In this document: one piece after another, positions 23,620 through 36,571 of the stretch
Layout of the letters: each line of letters starts with the position of its first letter
How positions within the stretch are numbered: position 1 is the first letter of the stretch
NCBI GenBank assembly: GCA_965644265.1
Contig: OZ286472.1
Location: 39,556,001 to 39,620,000, forward strand
Source: Glycera tridactyla
Taxonomy: Eukaryota
Reading direction: 5' to 3'
DNA length: 64,000 nucleotides
Made by a program: the position numbers and the translations under genes
The notes under the pieces: generated by a model
Told to the model about the DNA's origin: nothing
Seen by the model: only the letters and a program-made list of their open reading frames with translations
Database searches by the model: none

Positions 23620-24020
23620 GATCATATGACTAAATTTTTCCATATCCGAATCTGTAGGATCCATGCATAAATCTCTCATATCCATCCAATATTTGTCAAA
23701 AACAGTCAAATTATCAAGCGGCATCTTTATCCATATGTGCGCCATGTTGGGGTTCTGTCATGTGACATACACAGTCTAATTTCAGATCGCAGAGACAGGA
23801 GGGAAGCCCTTGTTCCCTTCTTCAACATGGCATCTTGTTTTCTTGAGATTCACAGTGAAAATCACTCACACAAAAAAAAGAATTATAGGGCCTGTCATCA
23901 TTCATGCGATTTTCTGGTAGACTTGAAAAAACGGCAGTCCATGCAGCAGGTGACTGGGCATCAATTGGCATTCCATGCATATGTGGGAAGGCGTTATACG
24001 GCCTCATATGCAGTAACGGG
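23620..24020 (+). mobile_element. Old piggyBac-like terminal fragment, same family as 5914-6519
   Basis: Ends ATATGCAGTAACGGG|TTAA (24021-24024); aligns to 6040-6519 with CpG decay. Confidence 0.72.
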
Positions 24021-24916
24021 TTAATGTGTTGGTAGTTGAATATATATAATTCCCTTCTAATATAATTCACAGTCTGGTTAGATCTGATGCTAGATGATGT
24101 TTACAATATTCAAATTGCTACACTCCAGTAAATACCATGGTATGTTCCCGTCTCTCCAGCAATCATTCACTTGGCGCATCTTCCGCAGCACCGAGAGATA
24201 AAAATCCACTTCAGCATTCGACAAAGTCGTTAAAATCTAGTGCAGCAACTTAGCTAGAAGACAGGCTCTCTAAGGCGAAGTGGGTCCATCTCAGAAGAGC
24301 TGTTGAAGTGAGCATTTATGGTATCTAAATGGTAGTAATGCTTTGGTAGTCTTCATAGTTGGAGAGAAGTTAACCCTCAAAGACAAGAACTGGCAGAAAT
24401 GGCTGAATGTTGCATTACACCTCAATTCAGAGACTCTGGAGAGGAATGAATGAGCAGATGTCAACTAGTCCTTTTGGAGAATTTGTTTACCTAGGTGGTC
24501 TTTATATAGAGCAAGTTTCTCAAACAGGTTTGACTGTAGATCATTTCTGCTAATCCTAACCTGGTTTGATACACTGCTTACAGTGAATTCAGCATTACCC
24601 TATTGTCACAATAAAGGTGTTCTCCCTTTGATGTATATATGACTATGTCAAAAAGAAAATCAGCCCTGCAAAAGTAGCTTACCATCAAAGGTGGTCCCTT
24701 GCCAGAGAGAGTCTTTCAGCTCAGGTTTCACTGTATTGTATCAATGGAATTATGCCTTTGTGAAACCAGCTTATATTCACTATGCCAATATGAAAACATC
24801 ATGTTCACCATCATTGGAGTAATACACATGTTATCATAATGTTCATGGTAGTATGTAGAATGATTTCAATTGGAAACAAGAGAAAAGATTGTAGTGGAGG
24901 TAGGAAAGATGTGGTG

Positions 24917-24924
24917 CAGGAGGA

Positions 24925-24964
<40 letters not shown>

Positions 24965-24965
24965 C
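24917..24965. repeat. (GGAGCA)n hexanucleotide repeat
   Basis: Seen directly; explains the EQEQ and CSCS ORFs. Confidence 0.9.
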
Positions 24966-26094
24966 AGGATTCATTGAAGCTCTCAAACATAGATGCTACC
25001 ATCTATGTCTCAAACCTACCTCCTCGTACCAAATGTTTCTCCATCACAAATTATACTTTCCTTTCATGCACACATCAAGAGGGACATCTCAGAGAATCTT
25101 CATCAGACACTTGAAAATGATTTGACAGTTTCCGAGTGACTGATGAGAATTTTGCACAATAATTTCCAAGTGACTGATGAGAGATTTTGTGCAATGATTT
25201 TGTGCAATAATACCCACATGACTGATGGAAGATTCTGTGTGATAATTTGCCTAAGATGAAGCAGGCCGCTGGGAGCAGGAGACCTGGGAGCAGGAGTCGT
25301 CATTAGGGAATATATTGCTCTACTTCCTTTGTAATGCCATCTTGTCATGATTAGTAGAGAATGAACCTACATCTTACTGACAATACACTATTCCAGCTTG
25401 GAACAGATGATAGATTTATCATGGAATTTCAAATCCATCAATACTAATGGAAACCTACTCCAGATCAATAACATATTTCACAGCAATATTATCACCAGGA
25501 GCATGGGCTTTGATGGTGGTTAGCTAGAATTCAGATTCAGGTATTATGTTCGTACCAGAAATGGATCACATGTCAAGAACATGAACTGACTTTACATACC
25601 AGATAACAGAGGACTGGTGCAGATACATTCTGCTGATGACCCCCCCCCCCCCCCCACCCCAATATCTACAGGCAGCTCATTTTGTCATGTGATCCAGATC
25701 CAACAGACAAGTCACATGACAACACAATTTCAGTCACAGACATGTTACGCTCATAAGAGTCATTGGATGTTCTTAGAAGGCTTATGAACGAACCATACCT
25801 GATTATGAGTACTGAAGATTTCTAGCTCAAATGTATAATCATTGATTAAATGACACCAAAAGACTTACACACCACCAGCACACACATGCAATGTCATGAA
25901 TATATCCAAAAGTATCCATATTGAAATTTGGCCTGTTCTGTTTTATATCTTGTGCAAATATGTGTCATCCATTTCAAAAGTCAGAAATCCCGTCTTGTGA
26001 CCAATAGTTATTTGTGAGAAGAATCGAAAACATGTCTGCAAAACCAGTGGTGATTGAAACTTATCGAAGAACAAATAGAAAACTATGTGAATTC

Positions 26095-26240
26095 TGGAGG
26101 TCCCAGGTTCAAATCCACAAGAAGAAATCGTATGATTTCTCAAAATGTAATTTGTACATTGGTGTATCGTGAAACACAGTTTCATTCAATCATCTCCCAT
26201 TGCGTGAATTTTCACAAAAACGGCTATGCGAATGCTGTCG
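26095..26240 (+). repeat. Dispersed repeat with a tRNA B-box-like GGTTCAAATCC (possible SINE); second copy at about 35370-35545(-)
   Basis: CTGGAG(G/A)TCCCAGGTTCAAATCCACAAGAA...GATTTCT.AAAATGTAATTTGTACATT...ATCTCCCATTGCGTG is shared by both loci. Confidence 0.5.
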
Positions 26241-26790
26241 TAGGTCGAGGATGTGACTTTGACATTCTGATTTGATCTTCAATGGATTCTCGGCAAAAAT
26301 CTGCACTATATTGCCACATTTTATGGGAACAAAATAAGCATTATGTGATAACAGCAAAGAAAGTCAGGCATGGGTCTAATATGACACTTTTTTCTGCAGG
26401 TTTCATTTCATCATGAAGATAGCATGTGCTGCTCTCCTGCACTAGGTTCCTGCAGCCGCATATTTTACAAGCTCTCACATGCATGTACACATACACATAC
26501 TGATAAATATACATGCACGCATGCCCACATGTGCCCCCCCCCCCCCCCACACACACACACACCATAGAACAATCAATTCAGATGATAGTGGCGCTCTCAA
26601 GTTTAATCATATGGATCGAGTCACTTCCAGTGTCCACCCCGACTACAATCAATACAGACTACTTCAGCCCTTCCATTCCCTGTAGATGCTATCCGAAGAA
26701 TCTGCAATATAGCTATGAAAGACGGATCTATATCAAACACCACCTTTTAAAAGCCATGATTTCCCTGATGAGATCTCTATAGCACACTTA

Positions 26791-28989
26791 AGCTGCCTTT
26801 ACATAGGGCGGGCGACTACTCGCGACTTCGCGCGATCTCAAATCCGCCCGTCGTCGCAGAGAAATTCGCGCGTGGTCGCGCGTAGTCGCCCGTCGTCGCA
26901 CGAAGTCTCGAGCCGTCGCCTGTATCTACGGGGCCGCCGCGGAAGTTTTGAAATGTTCAAAACTTTCGCGCACGATCGCGCGACTGGAATTAATTCGCCC
27001 GGAGTCGCGAGTTGGCGCGAGCAGTCGCGAGCAGTCGCGAGCAGTCACGGGCAGTCGCGCAGCTGCCGCGCGCGGTCGCAGGCGGTTTATGTNNNNNNNN
27101 NNNNNNNNNNNNNNNNNNNNNNNNNNNNNNNNNNNNNNNNNNNNNNNNNNNNNNNNNNNNNNNNNNNNNNNNNNNNNNNNNNNNNNNNNNNNNNNNNNNN
27201 NNNNNNNNNNNNNNNNNNNNNNNNNNNNNNNNNNNNNNNNNNNNNNNNNNNNNNNNNNNNNNNNNNNNNNNNNNNNGTCAGTCAGCCAACCAGCCAGTCA
27301 TCAGTCAACCAACCAACCAATCAACCAACCAACCTACCCATCAACCAACCAATCAACCAANNNNNNNNNNNNNNNNNNNNNNNNNNNNNNNNNNNNNNNN
27401 NNNNNNNNNNNNNNNNNNNNNNNNNNNNNNNNNNNNNNNNNNNNNNNNNNNNNNNNNNNNNNNNNNNNNNNNNNNNNNNNNNNNNNNNNNNNNNNNNNNN
27501 NNNNNNNNNNNNNNNNNNNNNNNNNNNNNNNNNNNNNNNNNNNNNNNNNNNNNNNNNNNNNNNNNNNNNNNNNNNNNNNNNNNNNNNNNNNNNNNNNNNN
27601 NNNNNNNNNNNNNNNNNNNNNNNNNNNNNNNNNNNNNNNNNNNNNNNNNNNNNNNNNNNNNNNNNNNNNNNNNNNNNNNNNNNNNNNNNNNNNNNNNNNN
27701 NNNNNNNNNNNNNNNNNNNNNNNNNNNNNNNNNNNNNNNNNNNNNNNNNNNNNNNNNNNNNNNNNNNNNNNNNNNNNNNNNNNNNNNNNNNNNNNNNNNN
27801 NNNNNNNNNNNNNNNNNNNNNNNNNNNNNNNNNNNNNNNNNNNNNNNNNNNNNNNNNNNNNNNNNNNNNNNNNNNNNNNNNNNNNNNNNNNNNNNNNNNN
27901 NNNNNNNNNNNNNNNNNNNNNNNNNNNNNNNNNNNNNNNNNNNNNNNNNNNNNNNNNNNNNNNNNNNNNNNNNNNNNNNNNNNNNNNNNNNNNNNNNNNN
28001 NNNNNNNNNNNNNNNNNNNNNNNNNNNNNNNNNNNNNNNNNNNNNNNNNNNNNNNNNNNNNNNNNNNNNNNNNNNNNNNNNNNNNNNNNNNNNNNNNNNN
28101 NNNNNNNNNNNNNNNNNNNNNNNNNNNNNNNNNNNNNNNNNNNNNNNNNNNNNNNNNNNNNNNNNNNNNNNNNNNNNNNNNNNNNNNNNNNNNNNNNNNN
28201 NNNNNNNNNNNNNNNNNNNNNNNNNNNNNNNNNNNNNNNNNNNNNNNNNNNNNNNNNNNNNNNNNNNNNNNNNNNNNNNNNNNNNNNNNNNNNNNNNNNN
28301 NNNNNNNNNNNNNNTTGGTTGGTTGATGGGTAGGTGGGTTGGTTGATTGGTTGGTTGGTTGACTGATGACTGGCTGGTTGGCTGACTGACNNNNNNNNNN
28401 NNNNNNNNNNNNNNNNNNNNNNNNNNNNNNNNNNNNNNNNNNNNNNNNNNNNNNNNNNNNNNNNNNNNNNNNNNNNNNNNNNNNNNNNNNNNNNNNNNNN
28501 NNNNNNNNNNNNNNNNNNNNNNNNNNNNNNNNNNNNNNNNNNNNNNNNNNNNNNNNNNNNNNNNNNNNNNNNNNNNNNNNNNNNNNNNNNNNNNNNNNNN
28601 NNNNNNNNNNNNNNNNNNNNNNNNNNNNNNNNNNNNNNNNNNNNNNNNNNNNNNNNNNNNNNNNNNNNNNNNNNNTGAACGTCGCCCGTTGTCGCGGGCA
28701 GTCTCAGAAAGTCGCGCGAACGCCGCGGGACTGCCGTGCGCAGTCGCACGAAGTCGCGCAAAATCGCGCAAAGTCGCCAGCATAAATCCGCGCGTAGTCG
28801 CGCGTTGTCGCCTGTCGTCGCATACAGCCGCGCGCGGGCGCGGGAACGTCGCGTGTTTGCGCGGGAAAGCCGCCTCTTGGCGCCAAATCAGCCCGAATCG
28901 CGCGGCATTCACACGGATTTGGTCGAAAAAATGATCGCGCGAAGTCGCAGACTGGCGCCTGCGCTCGCCCGCCCTATGTAAAGGCGCCT
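26791..28989. mobile_element. PIF/Harbinger-type element, CpG-rich, spanning N-gaps
   Basis: About 24-bp TIR AG(CT/GC)GCCTTTACATAGGGCGGGCGA; TTA TSD at 26788-26790 and 28990-28992; GTCGC-rich subtermini. The interior is mostly N. Confidence 0.85.
27093..28675. other. Assembly gaps (N runs) with two low-complexity islands; another gap at 62729-62908
   Basis: N runs; the long X-filled ORFs in the track are artefacts. Confidence 0.99.
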
Positions 28990-30876
28990 TTACAGATAAA
29001 GCTAAAACAAGGGGTTTATCACAGAATTGTCCAGCTAGGGCAAATATAACTGTGGAGGAAGTTCGTTAGACAATGCTCACAAAAAATATCACTTGATTTT
29101 GTCATGACTGACAATAGTGTGCTACTCATCACCTAATAGATAGTGGAAGGCTGGCAGTCCAGTCAAACCTGCTCTGGAGATCAACACCATACAAAGGCCA
29201 TTCACCCTATGATAGCCATCCCATGCTGTAAATATTCTATACAGTATAGAGAATCCTGCAACCTCTGATGGGAGACCACTTAATTTCTCAGGGAAGTTTT
29301 CCTCTTGGCATACAATGAGAGACCACCTTTTATGAGACCACTTTTTGGTGACATTAAGGGTAGTCTCTGGTGGTTTCACTGAAAACAAGCTCTCAACAAA
29401 TGCCTACTATCAACTGAGACCACAAGAAGTGCCTTTGGAGAAATGCTGGACTGGAAAAATACAACATTGATTTGCTTGGGCACTCCCTTACTCCGGGATA
29501 AAACTACAGAAAAACCTTTATTGGGAGACTGCTGCAAGCGTTCAGTAAGATCAGTTGTTCCGAAGATATATTGCTTATTGAAATCCAAACTTCTTTAATA
29601 AGTGCTATCATTCCTGATGCCAAGGTATCATTCCGGACTTTGATTCTGAACAAGTAAGCAAGGACAGAGTATTGCCCCTTAGCAAACTAGGGTGCAAGTC
29701 AGGCTAGCACATTAGGGCTCTTTCACAGAAAATTGAAGCAGACACTCCTGTGAAACCAGCAACACCATCCTAAATATCACCAAAGGGTGGTCTCTCATCG
29801 GAGGTGTATTTGACTATGTCAATTCGAAAAGCTGCCCTGCAAACGTGGTTTCCCATTGGCAGTGGTGTCCCGTCACATGTTCTACTGCATAGGTATCAAA
29901 CTCACATCTTCATCACTATCAGTGAAGACACATTAAATCATTGGACCAAGTTCATCTAGTGAAAAGTGGCCTAAGTACAAATCATTGAGATTCAGTCTCC
30001 ATTCTCAAATTTTGCTTTCTCCCACATTGTTGCCTAGATTTTAACAAGTAAGTTGCTCTAGTATGAGAATTAATAACACAGGCTCCATTTGTCTGTTAGT
30101 AATTTGGAATGGTTGGTGATAACGCTGCTAAAGTGGGTGTTAAAAAGAGCACCTTCAAACTACTTCACCTGAGAGGCTGCTCCATCCAAATTGATCTATA
30201 CTGCTCAGCATCTAGCTGAGTGAACCATCAACAGAAGACTCTGATGACAGACAAATTGTACCCGCTAGGATTTCGGCAAATATTTTCCTCCTACTGGGAA
30301 ACAATCGTTCAACATTTTCACATGACCTGCCATGTATTTCTTCCGAGGAATTTGGTCCTCATAAACATGACCAGGGTCATCTTAAATACAGCCTTGGTAG
30401 ATCACAAGCACCTCTCTATCCCCTCACAGTGCTAAACTATTGAAAGCTCACAATCAGCATTCATGCAGGTCAATAATGTGAATATCTTACCATCAAATAT
30501 TTGCTTTGAATTTGATATCTCATTTTATACACATGATCCACGATCAAAAGTCACAAATACTACACATTTCAGCATACCCTAACTGTGAAATTTGTTACAT
30601 CTTACTGGACACTTGTTTCCAGGGAGGAGAATCCGATTTTGTGATTTGTGGTAGTGGCAGGGCTCAGTTGTGACTTCTGCTATCTATGGAGGAATGATCC
30701 ATTTTCAGAGTTTGCTGGAATGTATCAGACCAAAGGATTGTGTATACTATGGTTTCCCAATCTACCAAATCTGGATTATCTGTAGACATCACTCACACAA
30801 ACCCCTAACACAAAGATGATGAGGAATGACAAATGTTGTCAAGTGAACTTTTTTGGTCGAAGTAACATAAATGATG

Positions 30877-31661
30877 AGTGACCAGATAGTTGGTAACTGA
30901 TGAGTGATCAAATATTTGGTAACTGATGAGTGACCAGATATTTAGTAACTGATGAGTGATCAGATATTTAGTAACTGATGAGTGACCAGATAGTTGGTGA
31001 CTGATGAGTGACCAGATATTTGGTAACTGACGAGTGATCAGATATTTGGTAACTGACGAGTGATCAGATATTTGGTAACTGACGAGTGATCAGATATTTA
31101 GTAACTGGTGAGTAACCAGATATTTGGTAACTGATGAGTGATCAGATATTTGGTAACTGATGAGTGACCAGATATATTTTTGGTAACTGATGAGTGATCA
31201 GATATTTGGTAACTGATGAGTGATCAGATATTTGGTAATTGATAAGTGACCACATATTCGGTAACTGATGAGTGACCAGATATTTATTTGGTAACTGATG
31301 AGTGATCAGATATTTGGTGATTGATAAGTGACAACATATTTGGTAACTGATGAGTGACCAGATATTTATTTGGTAACTGATGAGTGATCAGATATTTGGT
31401 AACTGATGAGTGATCAGATATTTGGTAATTGATAAGTGACCACATATTTGGTAACTGATGAGTGACCAGATATTTGGTAATTGATAAGTGACCACATATT
31501 TGGTAACTGATGAGTGATCAGTTATTTGGTAACTGACGAGTGACCAGATATTTATTTGGTAACTGATGAGTGATCAGATATTTGGTAACTGATGAGTGAT
31601 CAGATATTTGGTAACTGATGAGTGATCAGATATTTGGTAACTGATGAGTGACCAGATATTT
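30877..31661 (+). repeat. 26-bp minisatellite, about 30 copies
   Basis: Unit GAGTGA(C/T)CAGATATTTGGTAACTGAT, some units with a 4-bp TTTA or 3-bp insertion. Confidence 0.95.
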
Positions 31662-34314
31662 GCTCAATTTCTTATGTTCTGGGAAAATGGTGCTTATCTG
31701 CTCATTTTTTTGATTTGTAATCAATCCCGAAAATGAGCGCCGTTCAATTGGATAGGCACTCAGAATTGTCGATTGAATCAATCTTCGCATCAATCATCGG
31801 AACACTAGCCACACACCCACAGCCCCCCCCCCCACACACACAACTAACAAAAGGTATATAGGATATTCTTGACAAGATGATGTCAGCAAATACACAGCAT
31901 GCAGTCAGTCACCACAGGTAGCAAGCATCCCGAGGACAGCAGCTAGGATGACAACACCGGACTATGCATGGTGCATCTGTCTCCAGCAGCCTCCCACATC
32001 AGAGATGTGACAGGAGAGATGCATGCACTCCATCCTCCAATATTCATTGCATTCACAGAAGCTGCAATATGCCATCTTCATCCCATTTCTGGTGTTCAAT
32101 CCATCAGAAAAATAGGTATCCAAACATGAAAATTCCCAACTCTTGCAAATGATTTCCAATTCTAAAAGTCACTCTTTATTTTGTATACCATGTTTTATGA
32201 GCTGATATTACTATGTTATAGACCATGGAGGTGTCCAAATAAATGTGAAGAATTCTTTCCTACAAGACCAACAAAATTGTCATATCCCTTATAGTCGTAC
32301 TTGCAGGGTAATCGGTTCATGGAACAAGGATTGAAGATTTTCCTTTATTCATCAACTCATAAAGAGCAGCGACTTGTAGAAAAAACATCATGATTTCTCA
32401 TATCAATTCTATATTTTCCAAGGAAGGTATTAGATGAATATGGAAATTTCCATCCTCTGCACATACACACACACACACAAAGCACTTCTCAGAAATGCTA
32501 TCATCTTTCTCGCCTCGCTGTCTATTATGAATGTATGGCTTGCAGTGTGAACGAGCATATTCAAGTGGATCAGTGAACACCTGTGTCCAGCATGATGAGC
32601 ACATCTCAACACAACATGCTGTAGTGTGCAACTGAGGAAGCACACAAGTGTGAACAGCAACAGACATCAATGTTGCTAGTTTGTTGAACTGCGTCTCTCT
32701 CATCTCCATCCTGGGAAAAGGTGAAGAATTTGTATGGCACGTTTCATCACAACTACTTTATTCAGAATGTATTCAAATTCCACACAACACCTGCACTAAC
32801 CATCAACCAAGGGCTGAAGCATTCCTCATCGGGCTAAAGAAAAGGTTATTAGCCAAACTGACTGATAGCCGTCACTCTGAAGCAACTGAAGACAAAAACT
32901 ATATTCTCTCATATGGTTCTTGTTGTCATGAAAAATCTGATTTCTAATGCCAGGGACTCCATACAGTAGTTAGAAATTACAGTCAATGTGAGATTGCATT
33001 TGGCTGAAGATGGGATGGCACATTCAGACCAATTTGCAACTGGAAAAATTGTTCTAGTGTCAACGCAGCAACAACTTTGTGTCATCTAACATTAGCGGTT
33101 TCTGAGTTATTAAGGTCACAAGCCAGAGTGACAGAAAGTAGCAAAGGCAACAATGCAGAAGAGTTCCTGAAAGTAATCTGTGACTTGTCATGCCGGGAGA
33201 AAAAACAACAAGAGAATTGAAGAGTTAATCAAAGAGTGGCGATGAGAAAGGAAAGAAGTCTTGCATGATCCCATGCCATCCATTACGCTGTGAAAGGTTT
33301 CATGGCAAACAAACAGTCATTTGCCACGTAGCATCCTCCATTAGTGCCAGCGCAGAGAAGGCGTTATTTGATTTTCGAGGAGACTTGAAGCTTCTTACAA
33401 GGATGACATGGTAAATCTCTCATCAAGCGAATACTGAACATATGCTGGCATTGTACTTGTCAATGTTCATGTATGGATGGACGATTCAGAAATAGCTTTT
33501 AAGAAGAGAAATTATCCATGGAAACTCACAATTTGGAGTTACTGCTGGGATGAAGAATGCCCATCCATGCAGATTCATGATCTGTTCTTGTAAAAAAACT
33601 ATAAAAGCCGTTCCAATAAAAGAACATAATTCAATATGAGAAAGTGTTTTTTGGGCAACTACTTTTGACAAATATGATTAACCATTCACTGCATCGCACA
33701 CTAGAAAAAGCCAATCACTTGGTGCATGGCTTGCTTATGGGCCTCAGTCACTCAATGCATGGGACACCAAGTGCCGAATTTGACTGAAAGACATACAAAA
33801 TAACATAAAACTCTGCACAAAGTAATTCAATTGAATAGCTTATTCAACAAATATGGAGATTTACAATATGTCATATTGGTGAGGAGATTAAGGGCCATTC
33901 CCTGAAGATCTATGCAATCTTTAAATTGAGTCATGAGTCAGAACCCGACGTTTCAAATTCTTGGGACAATTTAGGCCTCAGAAATTACCTGATAAAAGAT
34001 GGTGGCTTACTGTTATGGAAATGTTGCTCTACATTTTGCTCAGGTCTGGCCAGTAAATGAGTGATAGTTTTTATTTTATTTGTACATGTACACCTCACAT
34101 GCTGAAGCCGAGGAATCTAGTAGTATTATTGTTTCAGTTGTGTTCAATGTTTCTTAGGTGATCTTATAGCAAGACTATATGGCCATGAAGTAAAAATGCG
34201 GACATCCTGTGAAATTCACACATCGTTTGGTATTGCATTTTTTCCTCACAGTCATATAGTCTTGCTTTTATTACATGGATTACGGGAGAAATCTTCTGAA
34301 GGTAGTTCTCATCC

Positions 34315-34383
34315 AGCTTTGAAGTATCACACGCAATACTCAACACCTGATACTTCACTGAAAATGGCACATCCATGTGTTAA
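34315..34383 (+). repeat. Remote copy of the ~70-bp Crypton-associated motif
   Basis: GAAGTATCACACGCAATACTCAACACCTGATACTTCACTGAAAATGGCACATCCATGTG matches 4380-4425, 4600-4632 and 4785-4835. Confidence 0.85.
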
Positions 34384-34721
34384 TACATGGAAAGATGAGA
34401 TGCTTGTTGAAGGAAGCCAAACATCTGAAACATTCCCTGGATTTGTTGGGAATCAATGCCAGTTGGAAACTTCTCACTCAAATTGTGAGAAGACGATTTG
34501 ATATATCATCATGATATCCTGTGAAAATGAGCATACATAATTCTTACAGTCATGATGAATATCTTCAAACTATGACTGATTTCTCAGATGGTGTGAACCT
34601 GTGGCATTTCAGAATGAGATAAGTGGAAATACAGATGGTGCTCTGTGTACAGTGCTCTGTGTACGGCAACGCTTACAGCAATTTTCACATTTGTGTTCCT
34701 TTCTCCATATGGAATAAATAT

Positions 34722-35275
34722 TAGATGAGGTATTTCCTCCAGATGATTCATACTTCTCTGATAATTGTGAATAAATATTACCCATGAGATACAGTAGATG
34801 AGGTATTTCCTCCAGATGATTCATATTTCTCTGATTATTGTCAATAAATATTACCCATGAGATACAGTAGATGAGGTATTTCCTGCAGATGATTCATATT
34901 TCTCTGATAATTGTGAATAGATATTACACATGAGATACAGTAGATGAGGTATTTCCTGCAGATGATTCATATTTCTCTGACAATTGTGAATAAATATTAC
35001 CCATGAGATACAGTAGATGAGGTATTTCCTGCAGATGATTCATATTTCTCTGATAATTGTGAATAAATATTACCCATGAGATACAGTAGATGAGGTATTT
35101 CCTCAAGATGATTCATATTTCTCTGATAATTGTGAATAGATATTACCCATGAGATACAGTAGATGAGGTATTTCCTCCAGATGATTCATATTTCTCTGAT
35201 TATTGTGGATAGATATCACCTATGAGATACAGTAGATGAGGTATTTCCTCCAGATGATTCATATTTCTCTGATTT
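34722..35275 (+). repeat. 73-bp tandem repeat, about 7.5 copies
   Basis: CATGAG anchors at 34783, 34856 and onward; unit ATGAGATACAGTAGATGAGGTATTTCCTCCAGATGATTCATATTTCTCTGATAATTGTGAATAAATATTACCC. Confidence 0.95.
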
Positions 35276-36369
35276 TTGAATTAATTGAGATTTTGGGAAT
35301 TTCAGGAACCAGCTGGCTCCTAATTTCAAATTTTGGTAGCCGGGGTTGAAATGTGATAGCATCCTGCTCCCCACAGATAACAATATAGAAAACTGTTTTT
35401 TTGTGTGAAATTTCCACGCAATGGGAGATACAATATGTTATGATACACCATTGAAATGTACAAATTACATTTTCAGAAATCATCCGATTTCTTGTGGATT
35501 TGAACCTGGGATCTCCAGCATGGCACCAATCGCCTAGCCTGTGAAGGAGCAAGATGACTTACACGTTGAGCTATGTGGACAACTCAGCACATTAGTTGAA
35601 CCGAGAGGACTCTTTGGGTGATGGCTTTATTCTTGGGGGAATCTGTTTCGTTCACCTCGTGTATGTTTCTGGCGTCTGCTAATGTATCTACCCATCACTG
35701 TCAAGGACACATGATCAGCAGTGGTATAATTGTGATTCCAATCAGGAATCCATACTCACCATTGTTATATACCTAATCTGTTTGCTACAAAACTGTCATT
35801 TTGATGAAGATCAGTTAGATTGCCTGATACCATGAAAAATACATTTTTTTTTCTGTGATGCAGCTGACGGTGCATTTTGGTATTCAGTGAAGTGTTACAT
35901 GTAATTCTAAGAGGAAACACTTTTTGGGTGGAATTCAGGGTGGTCTCTTTTGAAGGATTTAATCAATTTCAACAATTTGATCACCAAAGTACACATACAG
36001 CAAAGTCCTGGACCCTGGCCCTGGAACACAACTGAAAAGTAGTCATGGAGCTGGGAGTCATTTTCCACAAGATGCTACTTTGACAACAACACGGGTAAAT
36101 AGTGTGACATCATTTTTTAAGATTATGATAGTGGAACTGGGAATTAGTGATGTAATTACACCTGGGCAACCGGCTGGAGTATCCACTCATGTTTTCCTCT
36201 GCCATGGTTATCCATGATGTGATATAACCTCACCTAAAACAGAGAAAACCAAAACAGAAATTAGAAGGCTATCCCTTCCATGTGATCTGCACCATGCTGG
36301 AAGTGTACTTCAAATCCAATACCAAACTCACATACTTTGATGTTGATGACTACTGTGAACAGCAGAACA

Positions 36370-36500
36370 ACGCGAACAACGGAATGGCATTTTCGGTCCA
36401 GCAGAGCCGTTGATCCTGTGTGTTAAGTGAAAAGCGAAGTTGACATCGAAACTCGCGAGTGACCAATTCTACAAGTTCCGCTTGGACAAAAAAATCGCCT
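36370..36500 (+). mobile_element. Internal fragment of the 52055-53395 pogo-like family
   Basis: AAAAGCGAAGTTGACATCGAAACTCGCGAGTGACCAATTCTACAAGTTCCGCTTG matches 52204-52257 and 50255-50310 (reverse complement). Confidence 0.75.
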
Positions 36501-36571
36501 TCACAAGGGCTGGACAGCTTGTCTGACCCCGGGAATCAATACAGATTGTTTTTCTCATGCCACATGATACC

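Noticed and set aside
27278-28390. Two ~80-bp (CAAC/CAGT) islands in the gap that are near-exact reverse complements
   Set aside because: Most likely the same low-complexity sequence placed twice by gap filling; not reliable evidence of a palindrome.
26872-28912. Five very long ORFs (444-519 aa) in the track
   Set aside because: They are made almost entirely of X from N-gaps, flanked by non-coding Harbinger subtermini.
30877-35275. Regular short repeats resembling CRISPR arrays (26-bp, 73-bp; also the 94- and 63-bp arrays)
   Set aside because: Head-to-tail units with no unique spacers, no cas genes, and eukaryotic context.
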